From Eledone cirrhosa (Eukaryota), in assembly GCA_964016885.1 (NCBI GenBank), contig OZ024761.1, positions 19,468,001 through 19,532,000 on the forward strand: DNA of 64,000 bases. Reading direction: 5' to 3'. The translations under genes and the position numbers were made by a program. The notes under the pieces are model-generated. The model had not been told where the DNA came from. It ran no database searches and saw nothing but the letters and a program-made list of their open reading frames with translations. Shown piece by piece: positions 49,601 through 63,544 of this stretch. Each line of letters begins with the position of its first letter. Positions within the stretch are counted from its first letter, which is position 1.

Positions 49601-52600
49601 ATACTATCTGTTGGTCACAAACCCTGGTGGAAGGAGTCAATCCTCAGACTAGACCAAGGCAACTGTGTTTCCATTGGTGATACTATCTGTTGGTCACAAC
49701 TCTTGGTAGAAGGAGTCAATCCTCAGACTAGACCAAGGGAACTGTGTTTCCATTGGTGATACTATCTGTTGGTCACAAACCCTGGTGGAAGGAGTCAATC
49801 CTCAGACTAGACCAAGGCAACTGTGTTTCCAGTGGTGATACTATCTGTTGGTCACAAACCCTGGTGGAAGGAGTCAATCCTCAGACTAGACCAAGGGAAC
49901 TGTGTTTCCATTGGTGATACTATCTGTTGGTCACAAACCCTGGTGGAAGGAGTCAATCCTCAGACTAGACCAAGGGAACTGTGTTTCCATTGGTGATACT
50001 ATCTGTTGGTCACAAGCCCTGGTAGAAGGAGTCAATCCTCAGACTAGAGCAAGGGAACTGTGTTTCCATTGGTGATACTATCTGTTGGTCACAACTCCTG
50101 GTGGAAGGAGTCAATCCTCAGACTAGACCAAGGCAACTGTGTTTCCAGTGGTGATACTATCTGTTGGTCACAAACCCTGGTGGAAGGAGTCAATCCTCAG
50201 ACTAGACCAAGGCAACTGTGTTTCCAGTGGTGATACTATCTGTTGGTCACAAACCCTGGTGGAAGGAGTCAATCCTCAGACTAGACCAAGGGAACTGTGT
50301 TTCCAGTGGTGATACTATCTGTTGGTCACAACTCCTGGTGGAAGGAGTCAATCCTCAGACTAGACCAAGGCAACTGTGTTTCCAGTGGTGATACTATCTG
50401 TTGGTCACAAACCCTGGTGGAAGGAGTCAATCCTCAGACTAGACCAAGGGAACTGTGTTTGCATTGGTGATACTATCTGTTGGTCACAACTCCTGGTAGA
50501 AGGAGTCAATCCTCAGACTAGACCAATGGAACTGTGTTTCCAGTGGTGATACTATCTGTTGGTCACAACTCCTGGTGGAAGGAGTCAATCCTCAGACTAG
50601 ACCAAGGCAACTGTGTTTCCAGTGGTGATACTATCTGTTGGTCACAACTCCTGGTGGAAGGAGTCAATCCTCAGACTAGACCAAGGCAACTGTGTTTCCA
50701 GTGGTGATACTATCTGTTGGTCACAACTCCTGGTGGAAGGAGTCAATCCTCAGACTAGACCAAGGCAACTGTGTTTCCAGTGGTGATACTATCTGTTGGT
50801 CACAACTCCTGGTAGAAGGAGTCAATCCTCAGACTAGACCAAGGAAACTGTGTTTCCATTGGTGATACTATCTGTTGGTCACAACTCCTGGTGGAAGGAG
50901 TCAATCCTCAGACTAGACCAAGGGAACTGTGTTTGCATTGGTGATACTATCTGTTGGTCACAACTCCTGGTGGAAGGAGTCAATCCTCAGACTAGACCAA
51001 GGGAACTGTGTTTCCATTGGTGATACTATCTGTTGGTCACAACCCCTGGTGGAAGGAGTCAATCCTCAGACTAGACCAAGGGAACTGTGTTTCCATTGGT
51101 GATACTATCTGTTGGTCACAACTCCTGGTAGAAGGAGTCAATCCTCAGACTAGACCAAGGGAACTGTGTTTCCAGTGGTGATACTATCTGTTGGTCACAA
51201 ACCCTGGTGGAAGGAGTCAATCCTCAGACTAGACCAAGGGAACTGTGTTTCCATTGGTGATACTATCTGTTGGTCACAACCCCTGGTGGAAGGAGTCAAT
51301 CCTCAGACTAGACCAAAGGAACTGTGTTTCCATTGGTGATACTATCTGTTGGTCACAACTCCTGGTAGAAGGAGTCAATCCTCAGACTAGACCAAGGGAA
51401 CTGTGTTTCCAGTGGTGATACTATCTGTTGGTCACAACCCCTGGTGGAAGGAGTCAATCCTCAGACTAGACCAAGGGAACTGTGTTTCCATTGGTGATAC
51501 TATCTGTTGGTCACAACCCCTGGTGGAAGGAGTCAATCCTCAGACTAGACCAAGGGAACTGTGTTTCCAGTGGTGATACTATCTGTTGGTCACAACTCCT
51601 GGTGGAAGGAGTCAATCCTCAGACTAGACCAAGGGAACTGTGTTTGCGTTGGTGATACTATCTGTTGGTCACAACCCCTGGTGGAAGGAGTCAATCCTCA
51701 GACTGGACCAAGGGAACTGTGTTTGCATTGGTGATACTATCTGTTGGTCACAACTCCTGGTGGAAGGAGTCAATCCTCAGACTAGACCAAGGGAACTGTG
51801 TTTGCGTTGGTGATACTATCTGTTGGTCACAACCCCTGGTGGAAGGAGTCAATCCTCAGACTGGACCAAGGGAACTGTGTTTGCATTGGTGATACTATCT
51901 GTTGGTCACAACTCCTGGTGGAAGGAGTCAATCCTCAGACTAGACCAAGGGAACTGTGTTTGCATTGGTGATACTATCTGTTGGTCACAACTCCTGGTGG
52001 AAGGAGTCAATCCTCAGACTAGACCAAGGGAACTGTGTTTGCGTTGGTGATACTATCTGTTGGTCACAACTCCTGGTGGAAGGAGTCAATCCTCAGACTA
52101 GACCAAGGGAACTGTGTTTCCAGTGGTGATACTATCTGTTGGTCACAAACCCTGGTGGAAGGAGTCAATCCTCAGACTAGACCAAGGGAACTGTGTTTCC
52201 ATTGGTGATACTATCTGTTGGTCACAAACCCTGGTGGAAGGAGTCAATCCTCAGACTAGACCAAGGGAACTGTGTTTCCAGTGGTGATACTATCTGTTGG
52301 TCACAAACCCTGGTGGAAGGAGTCAATCCTCAGACTAGACCAAGGGAACTGTGTTTCCATTGGTGATACTATCTGTTGGTCACAACTCCTGGTGGAAGGA
52401 GTCAATCTTCAGACTAGACCAAGGGAACTGTGTTTGCGTTGGTGATACTATCTGTTGGTCACAAACCCTGGTGGAAGGAGTCAATCCTCAGACTAGACCA
52501 AGGGAACTGTGTTTCCATTGGTGATACTATCTGTTGGTCACAACTCCTGGTGGAAGGAGTCAATCCTCAGACTAGACCAAGGGAACTGTGTTTGCATTGG

Positions 52601-55600
52601 TGATACTATCTGTTGGTCACAACTCCTGGTAGAAGGAGTCAATCCTCAGACTAGACCAAGGAAACTGTGTTTCCAGTGGTGATACTATCTGTTGGTCACA
52701 ACTCCTGGTGGAAGGAGTCAATCCTCAGACTAGACCAAGGAAACTGTGTTTCCAGTGGTGATACTATCTGTTGGTCACAAACCCTGGTGGAAGGAGTCAA
52801 TCCTCAGACTAGACCAAGGAAACTGTGTTTCCAGTGGTGATACTATCTGTTGGTCACAAACCCTGGTGGAAGGAGTCAATCCTCAGACTAGACCAAGGAA
52901 ACTGTGTTTGCGTTGGTGATACTATCTGTTGGTCACAACTCCTGGTGGAAGGAGTCAATCCTCAGACTAGACCAAGGGAACTGTGTTTGCGTTGGTGATA
53001 CTATCTGTTGGTCACAAACCCTGGTGGAAGGAGTCAATCCTCAGACTAGACCAAGGGAACTGTGTTTCCATTGGTGATACTATCTGTTGGTCACAACTCC
53101 TGGTGGAAGGAGTCAATCCTCAGACTAGACCAAGGCAACTGTGTTTCCATTGGTGATACTATCTGTTGGTCACAACTCCTGGTGGAAGGAGTCAATCCTC
53201 AGACTAGACCAAGGCAACTGTGTTTCCAGTGGTGATACTATCTGTTGGTCACAACTCCTGGTGGAAGGAGTCAATCCTCAGACTAGACCAAGGCAACTGT
53301 GTTTCCATTGGTGATACTATCTGTTGGTCACAAACCCTGGTGGAAGGAGTCAATCCTCAGACTAGACCAAGGGAACTGTGTTTCCATTGGTGATACTATC
53401 TGTTGGTCACAACTCCTGGTGGAAGGAGTCAATCCTCAGACTAGACCAAGGGAACTGTGTTTCCATTGGTGATACTATCTGTTGGTCACAACTCCTGGTG
53501 GAAGGAGTCAATCCTCAGACTAGACCAAGGGAACTGTGTTTGCGTTGGTGATACTATCTGTTGGTCACAAACCCTGGTGGAAGGAGTCAATCCTCAGACT
53601 AGACCAAGGGAACTGTGTTTCCAGTGGTGATACTATCTGTTGGTCACAAACACTGGTGGAAGGAGTCAATCCTCAGACTAGACCAAGGGAACTGTGTTTC
53701 CATTGGTGATACTATCTGTTGGTCACAAACCCTGGTGGAAGGAGTCAATCCTCAGACTAGACCAAGGGAACTGTGTTTCCATTGGTGATACTATCTGTTG
53801 GTCACAACTCCTGGTGGAAGGAGTCAATCCTCAGACTAGACCAAGGGAACTGTGTTTCCATTGGTGATACTATCTGTTGGTCACAACTCCTGGTGGAAGG
53901 AGTCAATCCTCAGACTAGACCAAGGGAACTGTGTTTCCATTGGTGATACTATCTGTTGGTCACAACTCCTGGTGGAAGGAGTCAATCCTCAGACTAGACC
54001 AAGGGAACTGTGTTTCCAGTGGTGATACTATCTGTTGGTCACAAACCCTGGTGGAAGGAGTCAATCCTCAGACTAGACCAAGGGAACTGTGTTTGCGTTG
54101 GTGATACTATCTGTTGGTCACAAACCCTGGTGGAAGGAGTCAATCCTCAGACTAGACCAAGGGAACTGTGTTTCCATTGGTGATACTATCTGTTGGTCAC
54201 AACTCCTGGTGGAAGGAGTCAATCCTCAGACTAGACCAAGGGAACTGTGTTTCCATTGGTGATACTATCTGTTGGTCACAACTCCTGGTGGAAGGAGTCA
54301 ATCCTCAGACTAGACCAAGGGAACTGTGTTTCCATTGGTGATACTATCTGTTGGTCACAAACCCTGGTGGAAGGAGTCAATCCTCAGACTAGACCAAGGG
54401 AACTGTGTTTCCATTGGTGATACTATCTGTTGGTCACAACTCCTGGTGGAAGGAGTCAATCCTCAGACTAGACCAAGGGAACTGTGTTTCCATTGGTGAT
54501 ACTATCTGTTGGTCACAACTCCTGGTGGAAGGAGTCAATCCTCAGACTAGACCAAGGGAACTGTGTTTCCATTGGTGATACTATCTGTTGGTCACAACTC
54601 CTGGTGGAAGGAGTCAATCCTCAGACTAGACCAAGGGAACTGTGTTTCCAGTGGTGATACTATCTGTTGGTCACAAACCCTGGTGGAAGGAGTCAATCCT
54701 CAGACTAGACCAAGGGAACTGTGTTTGCGTTGGTGATACTATCTGTTGGTCACAAACCCTGGTGGAAGGAGTCAATCCTCAGACTAGACCAAGGGAACTG
54801 TGTTTCCAGTGGTGATACTATCTGTTGGTCACAAACCCTGGTGGAAGGAGTCAATCCTCAGACTAGACCAAGGGAACTGTGTTTGCGTTGGTGATACTAT
54901 CTGTTGGTCACAAACCCTGGTGGAAGGAGTCAATCCTCAGACTAGACCAAGGGAACTGTGTTTCCAGTGGTGATACTATCTGTTGGTCACAACTCCTGGT
55001 GGAAGGAGTCAATCCTCAGACTAGACCAAGGGAACTGTGTTTCCAGTGGTGATACTATCTGTTGGTCACAACCCCTGGTGGAAGGAGTCAATCCTCAGAC
55101 TAGACCAAGGGAACTGTGTTTCCAGTGGTGATACTATCTGTTGGTCACAACTCCTGGTGGAAGGAGTCAATCCTCAGACTAGACCAAGGGAACTGTGTTT
55201 CCAGTGGTGATACTATCTGTTGGTCACAACTCCTGGTGGAAGGAGTCAATCCTCAGACTAGACCAAGGAAACTGTGTTTCCATTGGTGATACTATCTGTT
55301 GGTCACAAACCCTGGTGGAAGGAGTCAATCCTCAGACTAGACCAAGGGAACTGTGTTTCCAGTGGTGATACTATCTGTTGGTCACAAACCCTGGTGGAAG
55401 GAGTCAATCCTCAGACTAGACCAAGGGAACTGTGTTTGCATTGGTGATACTATCTGTTGGTCACAACTCCTGGTGGAAGGAGTCAATCCTCAGACTAGAC
55501 CAAGGGAACTGTGTTTGCATTGGTGATACTATCTGTTGGTCACAACTCCTGGTGGAAGGAGTCAATCCTCAGACTAGACCAAGGGAACTGTGTTTGCATT

Positions 55601-57854
55601 GGTGATACTATCTGTTGGTCACAACTCCTGGTGGAAGGAGTCAATCCTCAGACTAGACCAAGGGAACTGTGTTTGCATTGGTGATACTATCTGTTGGTCA
55701 CAACTCCTGGTGGAAGGAGTCAATCCTCAGACTAGACCAAGGGAACTGTGTTTGCATTGGTGATACTATCTGTTGGTCACAAACCCTGGTGGAAGGAGTC
55801 AATCCTCAGACTAGACCAAGGGAACTGTGTTTGCATTGGTGATACTATCTGTTGGTCACAAACCCTGGTGGAAGGAGTCAATCCTCAGACTAGACCAAGG
55901 GAACTGTGTTTGCATTGGTGATACTATCTGTTGGTCACAAACCCTGGTGGAAGGAGTCAATCCTCAGACTAGACCAAGGGAACTGTGTTTGCATTGGTGA
56001 TACTATCTGTTGGTCACAACCCCTGGTGGAAGGAGTCAATCCTCAGACTAGACCAAGGGAACTGTGTTTGCATTGGTGATACTATCTGTTGGTCACAACC
56101 CCTGGTGGAAGGAGTCAATCCTCAGACTAGACCAAGGGAACTGTGTTTGCATTGGTGATACTATCTGTTGGTCACAACCCCTGGTGGAAGGAGTCAATCC
56201 TCAGACTAGACCAAGGGAACTGTGTTTGCATTGGTGATACTATCTGTTGGTCACAAACCCTGGTGGAAGGAGTCAATCCTCAGACTAGACCAAGGGAACT
56301 GTGTTTGCATTGGTGATACTATCTGTTGGTCACAACCCCTGGTGGAAGGAGTCAATCCTCAGACTAGACCAAGGGAACTGTGTTTGCATTGGTGATACTA
56401 TCTGTTGGTCACAACCCCTGGTGCAAGGAGTCAATCCTCAGACTAGACCAAGGGAACTGTGTTTGCATTGGTGATACTATCTGTTGGTCACAAACACTGG
56501 TGGAAGGAGTCAATCCTCAGACTAGACCAAGGGAGCTGTGTTTCCAGTGGTGATACTATCTGTTGGTCACAAACCCTGGTGGAAGGAGTCAATCCTCAGA
56601 CTAGACCAAGGCAACTGTGTTTCCAGTGGTGATACTATCTGTTGGTCACAACCCCTGGTGGAAGGAGTCAATCCTCAGACTAGACCAAGGAAACTGTGTT
56701 TCCAGTGGTGATACTATCTGTTGGTCACAACCCCTGGTGGAAGGAGTCAATCCTCAGACTAGACCAAGGCAACTGTGTTTCCAGTGGTGATACTATCTGT
56801 TGGTCACAACCCCTGGTGGAAGGAGTCAATCCTCAGACTAGACCAAGGGAACTGTGTTTCCAGTGGTGATACTATCTGTTGGTCACAACTCCTGGTGGAA
56901 GGAGTCAATCCTCAGACTAGACCAAGGAAACTGTGTTTCCAGTGGTGATACTATCTGTTGGTCACAAACCCTGGTGGAAGGAGTCAATCCTCAGACTAGA
57001 CCAAGGGAACTGTGTTTCCAGTGGTGATACTATCTGTTGGTCACAACCCCTGGTGGAAGGAGTCAATCCTCAGACTAGACCAAGGAAACTGTGTTTCCAG
57101 TGGTGATACTATCTGTTGGTCACAACCCCTGGTGGAAGGAGTCAATCCTCAGACTAGACCAAGGGAACTGTGTTTCCAGTGGTGATACTATCTGTTGGTC
57201 ACAACCCCTGGTGGAAGGAGTCAATCCTCAGACTAGACCAAGGGAACTGTGTTTCCATTGGTGATACTATCTGTTGGTCACAACCCCTGGTGGAAGGAGT
57301 CAATCCTCAGACTAGACCAAGGAAACTGTGTTTCCAGTGGTGATACTATCTGTTGGTCACAACCCCTGGTGGAAGGAGTCAATCCTCAGACTAGACCAAG
57401 GGAACTGTGTTTCCATTGGTGATACTATCTGTTGGTCACAACCCCTGGTGGAAGGAGTCAATCCTCAGACTAGACCAAGGCAACTGTGTTTCCAGTGGTG
57501 ATACTATCTGTTGGTCACAAACACTGGTAGAAGGAGTCAATCCTCAGACTAGACCAAGGGAACTGTGTTTCCAGTGGTGATACTATCTGTTGGTCACAAA
57601 CACTGGTAGAAGGAGTCAATCCTCAGACTAGACCAAGGCAACTGTGTTTCCAGTGGTGATACTATCTGTTGGTCACAAACACTGGTAGAAGGAGTCAATC
57701 CTCAGACTAGACCAAGGGAACTGTGTTTCCAGTGGTGATACTATCTGTTGGTCACAAACCCTGGTGGAAGGAGTCAATCCTCAGACTAGACCAAGGGAAC
57801 TGTGTTTCCAGTGGTGATACTATCTGTTGGTCACAAACCCTGGTGGAAGGAGTC
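46611..57854. repeat. Intronic 79-bp satellite, 142 full monomers plus a partial
   Basis: First GGTCACAA at 46611 and last at 57829; the difference 11218 = 142 x 79. Confidence 0.98.
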
Positions 57855-58312
57855 TGGTCTTTACCACAAAAATACAATAGTAAATATAGAGTAATGTAAA
57901 TGCTAAAGGGTTAAGGCTATTTTCCCGTGTTGAATCCTTGGTGGAATCTCCTAAGCTTCTCCATTTTGCCTTATACAGCAACAACAAATGATTTAACCCT
58001 TTAACATTTACATTACTCTATATTTATTATTATATTTTCATGATAAAGGCTTTACCCAACAATTATCTCACATAATAATGTATGATATTTTGATATTATT
58101 TATTTCGAGAACAATACCTTAAAGTAGGTATGAATGACCAGTTGACCAGTTATAGCCAGTTTGAACAGAAAGAGGTGAGAGAGTTCTGGCTGTATCCAGC
58201 CGGTTTAAATGCTAAAGGGTTAAGGTTATTTTCCTGTCCTGTGCTAAATCCTAGACAGTGTCCCCATCATAAGCTCTTTTATTTTGTCCTATCATCTGTA
58301 TCCTCGCCTTAC

Positions 58313-58407
58313 CAAACTCCTTGGATCTCATTTCCTTTTTCATCACCTTTAGTCCTTTCTTTCCTGCAACTTCTGACAGGACCCACTGGAAGGAGTATTT
58401 GGGGACT
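58313..58407 (-). CDS. KIAA0930: KIAA0930 homologue, candidate upstream exon (acceptor uncertain: 58407 or 58385)
   Basis: G/GTAAGG donor in the required phase 1. Reads ..SFQWVLSEVAGKKGLKVMKKEMRSKEF, weakly similar to the recalled human N-terminus MLRAIAEERGRLSLRREV. Confidence 0.4.
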
Positions 58408-58559
58408 CTGCAAACCCCCTCTCTTCCCCACAACCCCCTCAGTACAATGAAAAGACGACAGCAACATAAGTATCAGACATGAAATAAAATAAGTACTAAG
58501 GTCGATATGATCAACTAAATCTCTTCAGGGTCATGTCCCAGCACAACTGCAGTGTAATA

Positions 58560-59370
58560 GAATATATACTTACATACACATATATACTGACACATATGCA
58601 CCTATATATATATGTATACATGCACCTATATATATATGTATATGTATACATGCACCTATATATATATATGTATACATGCACATATATATATACACATATA
58701 CATGCACATATATATATACACATATACATGCACATATATATATACACATATACATGCACATATATATATACACATATACATGCACATATATATATATACA
58801 TATACATGCACATATATATATATACATATACATGCACATATATATATACACATATACATGCACATATATATATATACATATACATGCACATATATATATA
58901 CACATATACATACACATATATATATATACATATACATGCACATATATATATACACATATACATGCACATATATATATACACATATACATGCACATATATA
59001 TATACACATATACATGCACCTATATATATATATACATATACATGCACATATATATATATATACATATACATGCACATATATATATACACATATACATGCA
59101 CATATATATATATACATATACATGCACATATATATATACACATATACATGCACCTATATATATATACATATACATGCACATATATATATACACATATACA
59201 TGCACATATATATATACATATACATGCACTTATATATACATGCACCTATATATATATATATACATATATATGCACTTATATATATATACACATACATGCA
59301 CCTATATACATACACACACATACATACACAAACAAATACACACATACACACACATATATATGCACATGTA
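58560..59370. repeat. ~26-28 bp TA/CA-derived minisatellite (tatacatgcacatatatatatacaca)
   Basis: Tandem low-complexity units. Confidence 0.95.
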
Positions 59371-59409
59371 TAGTTGTATGCCACATTTCTCATTCCAGCT
59401 ACTCTATTG

Positions 59410-59461
59410 CACAGACAGACAACCAGACGGAGAGACAGACAGACAGACAGACAACCAGACG

Positions 59462-59492
<31 letters not shown>

Positions 59493-59493
59493 G

Positions 59494-59524
<31 letters not shown>

Positions 59525-60560
59525 GGAGAGACAGACAGACAGATAGACAGACAGACAGACAACCAGACGGAGAGAGACAGACAGACAACCAGATGGAGAG
59601 ACAGACAGACGGAGAGACAGACAGACAGACAACCAGATGGAGAGACAGACAGACAGACAACCAGGCGGAGAGACAGACAGATAGACAGACGGAGAGACAG
59701 ACAGACAGACAGATAGACAGACAGACAGACAACCAGACGGAGAGAGACAGACAGACAACCAGACGGAGAGAGACAGACAGACGGAGAGACAGACAGACAG
59801 ACAACCAGATGGAGAGACAGACAGACAGATAGACAGACAGACAGACAACCAGACGGAGAGAGACAGACAAACAACCAGATGGAGAGACAGACAGACAGAC
59901 AACCAGACAGAGAGACGGACAGACAGACAACCAGATGGAGAGACAGACAGACGGAGAGACAGACAGACAGACAACCAGATGGAGAGACAGACAGACGGAG
60001 AGACAGACAGACAACCAGATGGAGAGACAGACAGACAGACAACCAGACGGAGAGACAGACAGACAGATAGATAGACAGACAGACAACCAGACGGAGAGAG
60101 ACAGACAGACAACCAGATGGAGAGACAGACAGACAGACAACCAGACAGAGAGACGGACAGACAGACAACCAGATGGAGAGACAGACAGACAGACAACCAG
60201 ACGGAGAGACAGACAGACAGATAGACAGACAACCAGATGGAGAGAGACAGACAGACAACCAGATGGAGAGACAGACAGACAGACAACCAGACAGAGAGAC
60301 GGACAGACAGACAACCAGATGGAGAGACAGACAGAGAACCAGACGGAGAGACAGACAGACAGATAGACAGACAGACAGACAGACAGACAACCAGACGGAG
60401 AGACAGACAACCAGATGGAGAGACAGACAGAGAACCAGACGGAGAGACAGACAGAGAACCAGACGGAGAGACAGACAGACAGACAGAGACAGACAGACAG
60501 ACAGATAACCAGACGGAGAGACAGACAGACAGACAACCAGACGGAGAGACAGACAGACGG
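59410..60560. repeat. (GACA)n-derived compound minisatellite
   Basis: agacagac runs interrupted by aaccagatggagag. Confidence 0.95.
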
Positions 60561-61072
60561 ACGTAAGAAGAGCAAGGAAAATACATCAGTAAATTAAATT
60601 AGAGAGAACTGTTGACCTTTAAAGGTCAGACAATAGGTCAAGTGGGAAATGGTACAACAAGAAAACAAACAGAAGAGCTTTTATGGATTAGCAGATTGAT
60701 TAGAACGTGGGACTCAATACATGGTGCTATTTAGTTACGGACCTTTACGTTCTGCAGTCAAATCCCAACGAGATTAAACTTTGCCTTTCGTCATGACAAA
60801 GCCCAATGGAACATGGTACCTGTCATATAATGGGGGTTAATGTAATCAATAATACTTGTTTCTGTTGCCAATATAAGTCTAAAGTCTGTCTTGAGCCCGG
60901 AGGGTCACCAGGCCAGTTCTTATCCCTGGTTTCTGTGCTGTGAAGGGATGGAGAGTACTAGACTCCCAAGGACAGGACCCCAGTACACCACAGGTTAAAG
61001 TCTGTCCCAAAGCCTAGAGTCTCACCAGGCTGGGGCTTATCTCAGTTTCTGTGGCATAAAGTGATGGAGAGT

Positions 61073-61457
61073 GTAAATGTGGTTGGTGTTAGGAAGGGCA
61101 TCCAGCCGTAGAAAACCTGCCAGATAGTCCTATACGAGCAAGACACGGTCACCTGATCACTCTTGCCTCAAATGGGACAACTCCCATCTAACCCATGTTG
61201 GCGTGGAAGATGGACGTTAAACAATGATGATGATGATATGTATAGGTAGGTGTCATGACAAAAAAGCACCCAGTCCACACTGTAAATGTGGTTGGTGTTA
61301 GGAAGGGCATCCAGCCATAGAAAACCTGCCAGATACAGTCCTATACGAGCAAGACACGGTCACCCGATCACTCTTGCCTCAAGTGGGACAACTCCCGTCT
61401 AACCCATGCTCGCGTGGAAGATGGACGTTAAACGAAGATGATGATGATGATGATGAT
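61073..61457 (+). mobile_element. Two tandem headless RTE-tailed SINE 3' segments; related copies at 510-705, 20860-21165, 22255-22870, 26820-27510, 35110-35445
   Basis: ggttggtgttaggaagggcatccagc...ctaacccatgct..gtggaagatggacgttaaac(gat)n. Confidence 0.8.
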
Positions 61458-62020
61458 ATATACTAGTGACAGAAGAAGTCAAACATTTCATTGATGTACT
61501 TCAGTTGTGCAGGAGAGTGAAAGAATGTCCGGTTGGTCAGTTGGTGAGTTGTTGACATTGAAGCAAGTGTGAACAAGTGGCTATAGAAGTGTGTCTGTCT
61601 GTTGGCTATAGAAGTGTGTCTGTCTGTATATGTATATATGCATATGTACTTGTACATGTGTGCGTGTGTGTATGTGTTCTTGTATATATGCATATGTACT
61701 TGTACATGTGTGTGTATGTGTTCTTGTATATATGCATATGTAATGGACATGTGTGCGTGTATGTGTATGTGTTCTTTTATATCTGCATATGAACTTGTAC
61801 ATGTGTGCGTATGTGTATGTGTTCTTGTATATATGCATATGTACTAAGCCATGCACCTTTACATAAAATAAAAAGAGCTAAAACACTTCTTTCCACACAA
61901 AGACTGTATCCTATATTACAAGCCAGGAGTTAAAATATGGCTTTATCTCCCTACACACACATCTCTCTCTCTATATATATATATATACACACACACACAC
62001 CTCTATACACACACATCATC

Positions 62021-62061
<41 letters not shown>

Positions 62062-62173
62062 CATCTATATATACACACACATCTCTGTATATATACACAC
62101 ATATCTCTATATACACACACCCCTCTCTCATATATATATACTCACATATCTATATATACATATATACAAAACA

Positions 62174-62205
<32 letters not shown>

Positions 62206-62439
62206 CACATATCTCTAACAATTACAATATTGTACAATTACCACTTTTGTTCCATAATCTGCAGATAATTTAAATATAATGCTTCTATCATTCGTTTTTC
62301 TTTTGTTGTGGTTGTTGTCTTGTTTTGTTTGTTCTCTCTGTAAATTGCTTCAATAAAATACAGACCCCATCACCACCATTGCCATTACCACCACCAACAT
62401 CATCATCATCACCAAAGTAATTAGTGATAGATCTGATAC

Positions 62440-63380
62440 AAGGGAGATTTTAGTCTTGATGGACAACCTCTCTAGTGTTGGGGGCACAATAAAATACACC
62501 CAGTACACTCTGTAAATTGGTTGGTGATAGGATAGATACTGTGCAGAGGGGAGATTTTTGTTCTTACAGACAACCTATCTAGTGTTGGTAGCAGTGTAAA
62601 ATACACCCTGTACACTCTGTAAATTGGTTGAGGAAGATTTTAGCTCTTACAGACAACCTATCTAGTGTTGGTAGCAGTGTAAAATACACCCTGTACACTC
62701 TGTAAATTGGTTGAGGAAGATTTTAGCTCTTACAGACAACCTATCTAGTGTTGGTAGCAGTGTAAAATACACCCAGTACACTCTGTAAATTGGTTGGGGA
62801 AGATTTTAGCTCTTACAGACAACCTATCTAGTGTTGGTAGCAGTGTAAAATACACCCTGTACACTCTGTAAATTGGTTGAAGAAGATTTTAGCTCTTACA
62901 GACAACCTATCTAGTGTTGGTAGCAGTGTAAAATACACCCTGTACACTCTGTAAATTGGTTGAGGAAGATTTTAGCTCTTACAGACAACCTATCTAGTGT
63001 TGGTAGCAGTGTAAAATACACCCTGTACACTCTGTAAATTGGTTGAGGAAGATTTTAGCTCTTACAGACAACCTATCTAGTGTTGGTAGCAGTGTAAAAT
63101 ACACCCAGTACACTCTGTAAATTGGTTGAGGAAGATTTTATTTCTTACAGACAACCTATCTAGTGTTGGTAGCAGTGTAAAATACACCCAGTACACTCTG
63201 TAAATTGGTTGAGGAAGATTTTAGTTCTTACAGACAACCTATCTAGTGTTGGTAGCAGTGTAAAATACACCCTGTACACTCTGTAAATTGGTTGAGGAAG
63301 ATTTTAGTTCTTACAGACAACCTATCTAGTGTTGGTGCGACAATAAAATGCACCCAGTACACTCTGTAAATTGGTTGGTA
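62440..63380. repeat. 83-bp tandem array, ~11 units, SINE-body derived
   Basis: Period 83 (62634, 62717, 62800); contains aaaatacacccagtacactctgtaaattggttg, similar to the dispersed aaaagcacccagtccacactgtaaa..ggttgg segment. Confidence 0.92.
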
Positions 63381-63544
63381 GTAGTGAGAGCATCAGACCA
63401 GTAAAAACTATGCCAGATAGATAAAAAGAAATTTTACATGGATGTAAAAATGATGATCAAGTTAATGGATGTAATTGATGTTATAGAATAGAAAGGGTGG
63501 AGGTGGAAGGGGAGGTGGTAGATACTTAAAGGTAGCAAGTATTG

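Noticed and set aside
46611-57854. CRISPR-like array
   Set aside because: No unique spacers; the whole 79-bp unit repeats; eukaryotic intronic context with no cas genes.
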